Source: the human T2T-CHM13v2.0 reference genome, Homo sapiens. Taken from it: a stretch of DNA of 64,000 nt. The notes beneath the pieces were generated by a model, which did not search any database, was not told where the DNA came from, and worked only from the letters and a program-made list of their open reading frames with translations. Numbering within the stretch: the stretch's first letter is position 1; the number at the start of each line of letters is the position of its first letter. The translations under genes and the position numbers were made by a program. The stretch is taken from the NCBI RefSeq assembly GCF_009914755.1, contig NC_060930.1; one strand, written 5' to 3'. Below, piece by piece: positions 54,803 to 64,000 of the stretch.

Positions 54803-55179
54803 CGGTGGTGGTGTTAGCATTTTCACTTGATTTCTTCCTTATAGTTTCATCTCTTTGATGAAATGATCTATCTGATCATGTCTGTTGTCCACCTTTTTCA
54901 CTAGAGCCCTTTACATATGTATCATCATTAAATTAATCTTCCTGTTGGATAGTGACAACATCTGGGTCATGTCTGTGTCTGGTTGTTATTTTTTCTTGCT
55001 TCCTTGTGTGCCTTATACTTTTTGTTGAAAGATATGCCATTTTTGGTAAGAAATGCAGAGAAGTAGCATTTTTGCTTGGAAATGGGTTTGCCTTGTTTTT
55101 AGGCAGGCCTTTATTAATATGAGTTATGTCATTCCTGTTTGGAGTTGGACAGAATATAGGCTTCTAATTCTTCCAAAGC

Positions 55180-55362
55180 AGTCCTCTGTAATAGAAATAT
55201 AATACATGGTAGATACATGATTTTAAGTTTTTAGTAGTGTTGTTTTCAAAAGTAAAATAAAAATGCAACATATCCAAAATACTGTCATTATGACATGCAG
55301 CTCTACTCACATTTCAAGTACTGAATAGCCACATGTGGTTTGTGACTATAATATTGGACCAC
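55180..55362. mobile_element. MER33/MER3-like hAT MITE, internally deleted
   Basis: taatagaaatataat..catatccaaaata..cacatttcaagtactgaatagccacatgtgg..tattggac. Confidence 0.75.
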
Positions 55363-56496
55363 AAAATTTGAGTATTTTCTGTTTTAGAATGGAGGTTCGT
55401 TTGCTAGAGAGTTGTTCTCAATGGTTTTTCCACCATCACCTTTAGGTTTTCTTTTAATACCTGTCCTTGGAGAAGTGTTCGTTCTACATTTTTGACATTC
55501 CCCTAGGAGTACACTGCTGTTACTTGTTTCTCTGTGACTGGTGGTAGGCACTAGGGGAACATTCTCTGGTATTCTGGTCTAGCTTCATTCTTAGGCAATC
55601 ACTTTGTCTGCATCTCAGGGATAGAGCCTTCTCAAGGGTTCTTCTTCTCCCTTCAATAGGCTGGGCCCAGTATATATTTCTTTTCCTCCACAAGGGTGAG
55701 GGAATTTTTGTTGTTGTTGTTGTTCCCTTCCCTCAACATCACTGGGTCATTATCTGCACCTTAAGGATGATGATATTTTCTTCATTTTCCAGAGTCTTAA
55801 GGTATTTGTCATGGAGAGATAGGAGAGAAGGATCCAGGTAGGCCTTCATGCCTTTCTTGCAGGGCTGCTGTTCTGTTCCTACAGGCCCAATAGAGACATT
55901 CTCAAGATTTTCACCCTGCCCCCAGTCAAGTGTGGTGGCATCCAGTGAGGTTTGTGAAGAGTCTGGAAGTGGGTCAAACTCCCCAAGTGTTTTTGGTTCC
56001 CAAGGGCTGTATGATGTCACAAGAGTTCACACTTCACCTTTAGCAAGCTGCTCAATTTTAGTAAAATTTGTCTCACTGGCTTGAACCGCACTGGGTGTCT
56101 AGCATCTGCCTTGGCTCATCAGAGGCTAGTGTGCTCTTTAGAAACACTTGTTTTTCCTTAGATTTGAGGTTAGTTGGTTGCTTTGTGACTCAGCTATCTA
56201 GTAGATTCAAGAACCATTGTGATTTTTGCAGATTTTCCTATATATTTTTTTAAACTTAAAGGGGAAAGTTACACTACTTTCAGCTTTCTGTATAGCAGGA
56301 GGAAATGGGAATTCCTTGATGCTTATTTTTGATAAGTATAACTCTCCTATTCCCAAGGAATCTCTCATGCATTTTGCTGAAAATCATGGATATGCAGAAA
56401 GTAAAGCCTAGCTTTCAAAGGATTCCTTAAGTCATAGTTTATTATGCTTTGCTGTATTAAGAAACAATGTGCTTTTGTTTGTTTTTCAAATATAAA

Positions 56497-56577
56497 TTAT
56501 TTGTAAAATATTTTTACAAATAGTTATTTGTAAAATATTTTTACAAATAGTTATTTGTAAAATATTTTTATGAATAA
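56497..56577. repeat. 27-bp AT-rich tandem repeat x3 with a quasi-palindromic unit
   Basis: ttatttgtaaaatatttttacaaatag x2 exact, plus one diverged copy. Confidence 0.9.
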
Positions 56578-58810
56578 TTGTTTATTTATAAAATAATTGT
56601 TTAACAAATAAGAATATTTGTTAAATATTCTTTTTTATCTCATACTTTCTCCTTCAGAGAAGCTGATATCCAGATAAAAGGAGGACTGTCCCTTACCCCA
56701 CTTCCAGATATATTAGAAATCAATGATACAGACATTTCTTTGTGACTGGAGAAATGAGAGTTTGATCAGTGTCATTGGTGAACAAGCACAGTAAGACCAA
56801 GCAGTGTCAATCTTTGTATCCTCTTAGACATCTGAAGTCATGCCATCTGATAGGGTGACTTATGATTGGGTATTCAGGGTTGATCCAATTTCATTGTTTT
56901 ACAAGGGCGTAAGTACAGACTACGTACTCAAGATTTATGTAGCCAGCTATGCTGGGTGCTGAACATAAATGTTTGAAAAGTATTTGGACAAATTGTTTCT
57001 AATCTGACACATTTCACCTCCAGGTATTGGTTGTTGCAATGACCCCTGGTTACAAATCACAGCTGCTAACTAATGGGCACTATGAGCCTGTGGCTTCACT
57101 GACACCATCATTTTTTGTATGTATTTTATGTTGTTTTTGCTGGAGTGTGCGTGACAAGTTAGATCCAATCTGTCTGCTCAGCAACAAGCAAAACGAAAAA
57201 CACAACGTAGGAAATATTGTTCACATTTCCAAGATTGTTTTCTATCATTTGGTTTTACTAATATGCTAACATTCAGAACTGATAAATAAATGAAAAATGG
57301 ATAGGACCTTGAAAATGGATGATTTTTATGATAACTATAAGCTGACAGCATTATTTTTAAGTGGACAGTTGTTTGCATTCACATTGGTTATTCATTTTAT
57401 ATTTAATTCACTCACCTCTCTCCAAAAGGTTCCAATGCTGTGAAATAAATTAGCTGTCACATTTTACACCAGTAGGTAGTAGAGGAGCTGCCTCCCTTTC
57501 TGGAGCTGGGTTTTATAGAAAGAGGTGGACATGTGATATGACTGGTATTTTGTTTCATTATCTAAAAAATTTTTTTAGAAATGAAGAAAAAGGGTACGTA
57601 CCCTTCAGTAGACAGTGTTCTTCCCACTACAGTTGCTGACATTTTGTGGAAGACTTTCTCTGTAAGTTAGAGGTGAATTTCTGTGAATTGTATATCCTTA
57701 ATTATTCCTGTTGGGAGGTGTAACTTTTTCTTTTTCCCTATGACTGCCAAATCCCTTTTCCACAGTGGTACAGCTGTGCTTGGGAGATGCTCTGTTTGTT
57801 TCTTTAAGTTGAAGTGAAGTGGACAGATTTATGATTTTAATGAAATATCTTAAGCACAGGAAATATGCATTTAACACATTTTATGCTCTTTCCCTAATAT
57901 GCACCCTTGCCTCTCCCACTTTTCACAAAACTCCTTGTAAATAGAAGGTTAAGCCTAAAAAATATGCCCAATAAGTGCACATTGCATTAATAGTTCAGTT
58001 CACGTGAGTATAGGAAACTCTGCTAATGATAACATTTGACTATGAGATTCTTCCTTAACCTTCATACCTTTCCAAAAACCTTCTAAGTTTGACTCCAGAG
58101 AATGCAAGAACTAAAATATCATGCCATTCTTCTACAAAAGACTTATAAATACTCACCATTGTGGCTGTTATTAATATTCTTTCGTTTTAAAGAGAAAGGT
58201 ATCAGCTCCTCTCATTTCAGAACAAATAACACAACTGTAAAAGCTGTTGCCAAGCAACCTGAATTCACAGCTCAGATGGGCTGAATTGTTTATATCCGTA
58301 TGTGGATAAAACTGACCCACTCCTTCTCTAAAAAATGTATCTACGAAGTCTTTGAGATATTTCCACTAATATTTTAGGCTGTAGGTCATGGCATTACTAT
58401 TCTGTAGGAAGTTCTGAAATTAACACACACACTATCTACACTGTGGCATTGCAATTGCCATATTACATTATAACTATCTGGTTTGGGGTCTGTTTCCCCA
58501 TTGAACTGTGAGTTCCTTGCGGGCAAGTATTGTGTTCTACTCATCATACAGGCAGGTTCTTTATACATAGCCAGGACTTCATCAGTGTTTGACGGATGCA
58601 TGAAAAAAAATGATTTTATGCCAGTGTCTGTGCTGTACACTTTCTACAAAAATATTTTCTTACTAGAACCTGAAAGAAAGAAGGAAACTGTTCAATTTAA
58701 AAATCTACCAATATGAAATTATAATAAGCACAAACTGAAGCATTCAGGTAAAAATATTAGAATTATAAACACATTTTAGAATTAAAAGAAACTTTGTGGG
58801 ACATTTAATC

Positions 58811-58924
58811 TAATGGTTCTCATCAGAATCACACCTGGAACTTATAACTTTTGAGTGACAGTTTGAAATGAGGTATCCTTTTTTTAAAGTTCCCCCCGGA
58901 GATTCAGGAACCGAATTATCACTG
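58811..58924. mobile_element. Short MER5-like MITE nested in a MIR
   Basis: taatggttctca..catcagaatcac..gattc..atcactg; 8-bp TSD-like atttaatc/atgtagtc; MIR sequence continues on both sides. Confidence 0.5.
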
Positions 58925-58999
58925 ATGTAGTCCAACAGTCTCCATTTGTGGTGGAGAAAATGGCCGCAGAGGAGTGAGAACCACGAGGTCATGAGAAGA

Positions 59000-59160
59000 G
59001 CACAAGCTCTTGGGTCACCTGCCTATCAAGTGCTGTCTGACTGTAGCCATCTGTTCCTCACTGTCCATAAAATGGAAATAATACTTACTTGTGAGATGTC
59101 TGGGGAAACTTAATGATATGACCTGAGTAGTGCCTTAGAACCATGCTGGTGGGAACCTGG
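59000..59160 (+). mobile_element. MIR fragment
   Basis: ccatctgttcctcactgtccataaaatggaaataatactta..gtgccttagaaccatgctgg. Confidence 0.6.
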
Positions 59161-59319
59161 CAAGGACCATCTCTTCCCTTCACAATATCCTCTGAGTTGC
59201 AAACACGTTGTGAAGAGAACCTTTGTTGGCTGACTTCCAAACACTTCAGGGCCATGTAGAACCGTACAGGATACCTCTGGCTCCGACGTTTTGACTGGAA
59301 AGGAGCAAGCATTAATCAT

Positions 59320-59770
59320 ATCTGTCAGGATCCCTGCAGAATACTCATGAGGCATCACCCAAAAGGGTAAATTAAGAGTGTTAATAAAAGACTCTTTTCA
59401 AAGGTGTGGAGAGGTTAAGGGAACCACCGAGAAACTGTGAGGCAAGGCAGGGTTACCAGACCAAGGGGTCAGAGTGGTTACTGGAAACTGGTACTATCTG
59501 TGGCTGCAAGAAATGGATTCCTGGCAGGAGCTGAATCCAAATGAGAGGAACAGAGCTACTGGCCAGACTGCAGCCTGGCAGGAAGGGAGCCAGGAAAAGA
59601 ATCTCCCTCTCCTCCTACTCTCTGATTTTCTACTGGCAGTCACATTGGCTAAGTTAGAGAAGGAGGATGCCCATCCAAAGCAATTCTAAGGGTCAATCTT
59701 TGGTGACACAGAGCAGGATGAAGAAGGATGGAGAAGGCTCTGGAAGGGAAAATAGAAGATATCTAGGCAA
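59320..59770 (-). mobile_element. ERVL-class solo LTR (LTR41/LTR33-like; subfamily uncertain)
   Basis: gtcaggatccctgcag..aaggtgtggagaggttaagggaacc..cacattggct..gacacagagcaggatgaagaaggatggag..gaagatatctaggca. Confidence 0.6.
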
Positions 59771-61239
59771 TTTCCAGTCTTCTACTTTATGCTGGGTACT
59801 TTTTAAGCAGGATGTCTTTACAACACGTTTTCCTTTGAGGCTTATTCAGTTGAATATAAATTACCTAAAAATGACTGACATTGTGGTACAGTCTTCCTTG
59901 CCAGGAATTTACATGTATACCTACTAACTCTACCATGAATAAATGTTCCTAGGCAATGAAACCAAAACTTGACTACTGAATGTGGGTCCCCTGGAGAAGA
60001 GACACAGTTTTCAACTGAACACAAGGCCCCTTTGTTGGAGTAGATTCAGGAGGGAAACCAGCCTGCAGGGTCTACTTGCCAGGGATGCAGAATAACCAAA
60101 ATCTATGCCTGCCTCAGCAGCTGCCGGATTTTCCTGAGCCTTCTGTTCACCACTTTATTTTCAAATTTATCCATCTAAGAAATGAGAAGAACACCTGTGC
60201 CTCATTACACGATTGAGATTTTTGAGGGAAATGAGGATCATTCTTATGGAGGAAAGATACTGTCTACTTAAATGCAAAGTTGAAGAGGGAGGCATTCTGC
60301 TGGTGCTAATTTTCTTCAACAAATGAGACATGTATAAGATACCGGATGCTTTGTTACCTTTACTAAACCTTTCTTGGGAACCTGGAGACTGAGAGATGAA
60401 TAAGGTTGCCTCTACCTTTGAGGAGTTCATGGTCTTGTGGAAGGAATCAGAAATGAAACATTTCTTAAAAGGGAATAATATTGAATTGAAGATCTTGGTA
60501 TTCTTTTGTAATATTTTCCTGCATTTATTTTATTTAATGATACATGTATTTATTTTTGTAAATGATGGTCTCCATACACTCAGCACTTCACATGCATTGG
60601 GGTTGCCAAGCAGTCCCTCTTGGCTCCACTCTTCCCTGGCAATTCCCTCCCTTAGGTTCCCAAGGTTCACTAACTGTTTAATATCCATGCCTTGGTTCAT
60701 TTCTGACACTACTTGATTCTCCACCAGCTTTCAGCCTTGTTCTGAATAATTTATCCTAACTCAGTTTTTTATTCTTTTATGTTATATTTCTGTAAGAGCC
60801 CTACTCAGTATCTTCATCCCCATTTCCACTTGGCAGAAGAGAGATTTTATATAGAGATTTTATATAGTGGTTTTATAAACCTATAAAATACCTACTGGGC
60901 ACCTGCAGATAGTAAATATTCTGTTACTCTTTTCTTTTTGTCCAGTGGTGAAGGTTTCTGACTGTTCAGTAACCAGGATGTTAGGACCAATAACCAGGGA
61001 AGCCTTAGGCTTCTAAAAGTTTAGTTATGAAGTATCTTACAGCAATATCAAAAGGACACAAGGACCTGTTTATTGACTTGAATGTGAGCTGGGGCTGAAA
61101 AGGAATAGTATTCCAAGGAGCAGCATGTGTAAAGGCTCAGAGTCAGGAATGGGCAAGCTGTGTTCAGGAGCACAGTGACAGTATCACCCTATATGGGGTT
61201 AAGAGCTCCAGGTGAGATGTGATTACACCACCTACAATG

Positions 61240-61400
61240 TATAGTGTGACTACCATGTGTCTAGAGCTTTGCCAGATTGTTTACATATATGAGCTCTAAT
61301 CCTCACAGCACAGAAACCTGTGTCACACAGCTAGCAAGCAGTAGAGCCCTCTTCAATACTCAGCTCTGTCTGCTTTCAAAGCCCAAAATTACACCATGGC
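61240..61400 (-). mobile_element. MIR fragment
   Basis: actaccatgtgtctag..taatcctcacagca..gtcacacagctagcaagcagtagagc. Confidence 0.65.
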
Positions 61401-62590
61401 AGTTTGCTGCCTTATTTCCTAAGTAATATAGGATTGATGAAGGAGGACCAGATGTTGAGGATTTTCGAGAACCAGAAACAGAGTATGGAAAAGACCTGGT
61501 AGACTTTAGACACCAATCTTCCTGTGAATAATTTATGGAAGAATATTTTCTAAAATGATCACATGCCACCCACCCAGATTCTCAAATGGTTAAACATTTT
61601 CCAGTTTTTTGACTTTGAAAATACTTTTCAATCAGCTTCTATAAAGCCAGTTGCATGAAATTCCTGTGCTCTGTCGACACCCTTCTGAATCTGGTCATTA
61701 CTTTTCTCTATTCATTACCTGAGAGGTAGTAGGGAAAATACAGAAAATGAACAGTGGGTAGCTTCCACCGTACCTCCATCTATATTGCAAGCTCTTTGTT
61801 GTAATGCCGCTCTATCTGAAGGCCTAGAATATTTTCCCTTCTCCATTTCCCCTCCTCTTTAAAAAAGAATTTTACAGCACACCAGACATGAGAGACTTTG
61901 TAATGATTCCATCTGAGATATAGAAATTGCTTAACATAGGGAAGTGAATGCTTGTGGATTCATGTTAGCATTCTTTATCTATGGAGAATACGTATGCTAC
62001 TGTGTGTGTGTTATTTAGGTTAAGCTATAACCCATGTACTTCAAGCATTCTAATCAGTTATGCTTAGTCCCAGAGAGGTCACCTGACCTTTAATTAAGTA
62101 AGCCAGAGGCAGCAGCAACAAACCTTTCAGCAATCCAGATCTTAACACAGGAACCTTGGCTAAAAGACATATTGAATGCAAGCCATGAATTTATATTAGT
62201 GAAACTGTTGTCTTAATTAGCATGAAGAGTGTCATAAGTGGCCTTTCATCAGTGAAATAAAATGTATTCACAATATACACATCAGCTAAAATATGTTAAA
62301 GATGCTCTAAATAGGGTTTAAGTATCTAGTAATGTCTGTAGTCAGGACCTCAAGAAAGTTCCTGTACTCAGTTCCTAAGTGGTACTCTGTCCAGCCATTA
62401 CTTTAGGAGTGTTTCTGTTTTCTTAATGGAAACCAGAGGAGTAACAGAATCCTATCTCTGGAATGTTCTTGTGTCTGCCTTGAGTAATTCTTTCATGCCA
62501 GAATTATAGAATAGTCAGAGCACCTAAAAATGACGAGAATGGGGGCTTCTTTTACAGAATACAATGTAAGAACAGTTCTGCCTTCTTCGT

Positions 62591-63494
62591 TATTGGGGGT
62601 GATTTTCAAAGGGGAGGGAGTGTACGAATAGGGTGTGGGTCACAGAGATCACATGCTTCATAAGGTAATAAAATATCACAAGGCAAATGGAGGCAGGGCG
62701 AGATCACAGGACTGGGGTGAAATTAAAAATGCTAATGAAGTTGCATGTTCCACTGGGCACGCATCGTCATTGATAACATCTTATCAGGAGACAGGGTTTG
62801 AGAGCAGACAACTGGTCTGACCAAAATTTATTAGGTGGGAATGTCCTCATCCTAATAAGCCTGGGAGCACTACGGGAGACTGGGGCTTATTTCATCCCTT
62901 ATCTACATCCGTATAAGACAGACATTCCCAGAGCAGCCATTTCAGAGACCTCCTGCTAGGAACACACTCTCTTTCTCCAGGCTGTTCTTTGCTGAGAAAA
63001 AGAATTCAGCGATATTTCTCCTATTTGCTTTTGAAAGAAGAGAAATATGGTTCTGTTCTGCCTGGCTCTCAGGCAGCCAGACCTAATGGTTATCTCCCTT
63101 GTTCCCTGAACATAGCTGTTATCCTGTTCTTTTTTCAAGGTGCCCAGATTTCATATTGTTTAAACACACATGAGTTATGAACAATTTGTGCAGTTAACAC
63201 AATCATCACAGGGTCCTATGGTGACATACATCCTCAGCTTATGAAGATGACAGGATTAAGAGATTAAAGTAAAGACAGGCATAGGAAATCACAAGAGTAT
63301 TGATTAGGGAAGTGATAAATGTCCATGAAATCTTCACAATTTATGTTCAGAGATTGCAGTAAAGATAGATGTAAAAAATTATAAAAGTATTAATTTGGGG
63401 AACTAATAAATGTCCATGAAATCTTCACAATTTATGTTCTTCTGCCATGGCTTCAGCCAGTCCCTCCATTTGGGGTCCCTGACTTCCATTAACA
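62591..63494 (-). mobile_element. MER11 (MER11C-like; HERV-K11/HML-8) solo LTR with 6-bp TSD and internal 3' deletion
   Basis: Minus strand starts tgttaatggaagtcagggacccc..ctgaagccatggcagaagaacataaattgtgaag; perfect TSD CTTCGT at 62585-62590 and 63495-63500. Confidence 0.95.
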
Positions 63495-64000
63495 CTTCGT
63501 AGTAAAAGTCTGTTCAGTAAATGTCTAGGTGTTTGGCAGAGGGAGGTAACCCTCAAACACCTCAGATTTTGGGGGTACACTGTTACAAATAAAAAGAACC
63601 AAAAAGTTGTTCAATCAGTTGGCAACAGTTACCTTTCCTTCTATTCCAGCTACTTCATTGGCTAGGCAGGGTTTTGGGGTAGCCTACGAATCAGACCAGT
63701 ACTGATAAATTCTTATAGATATATTTGTTTTAAGTGCTAGTTAACCGTGTGTAATAGAAGTTTTGTGTCAAACTCCTTGCTAGGTTGGAGACAGCCCATA
63801 GTAGCAAATTTTTTATTTCCTAGCAACCCCTAATAGTCCTGATTAGCAAGCTCTCATTTATTTACTCAGTTTGGGAAATAGAGCAAACCAGACATGCAGC
63901 CGTGAATTCACTAATCGTTCTGTACTGTGGCCATCAGCAAACCTTTGGGTAGTTCTCAGCTACTGCTGATAATTCAGAATAGAGCAGTTAGCTATTGCAA

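Larger units (their letters stand above)
50420..56330 (-). mobile_element. Large fragmented old L1M (ORF2 5' half, ORF1, 5'UTR) hosting nested insertions
   Basis: ccttattcctgatcttagggg, ctatattcatgaggga..ggtctg, aggaatttgtctacttcatctaagttg and ccctctaagcattgctttagctgcatcc are all antisense L1 motifs. Confidence 0.8.

Noticed and set aside
56497-56577. CRISPR-like 27-bp palindromic repeats
   Set aside because: Head-to-tail with no spacers, no cas genes, primate DNA; a simple minisatellite.
63315-63439. 34-bp direct repeat ataaatgtccatgaaatcttcacaatttatgttc
   Set aside because: Intrinsic to the MER11 LTR consensus.

Overview
AT-rich, CpG-poor primate (human or ape) genomic DNA, identified by AluJ/S/Y, L1PA/L1M, L2, MIR, MaLR/ERVL/ERVK LTRs and MER DNA transposons. 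I find no supportable protein-coding exon, RNA gene, CpG-island promoter or prokaryotic-type system; the ORF track is explained by repeats and chance. Roughly half of the window is recognisable transposon debris. This includes a minus-strand ERVL provirus remnant with readable gag/protease/RT, a two-LTR MaLR provirus, and a MER11 solo LTR with a perfect TSD and an internal deletion. 12 of 13 LTR insertions are on the minus strand, which suggests the window lies in a long intron of a plus-strand transcription unit. The most notable non-repeat signals are a gapless 44-bp-arm hairpin (42097-42204), a divergent pair of CTCF-like motifs (35884, 38384), a recursive-splice-like AG|GT site (35300) and a tandem array of AT-rich palindromes (56497-56625). 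I found no convincing new biological system. Repeat subfamily names come from recalled consensus sequences, and boundaries are approximate unless a TSD is quoted.
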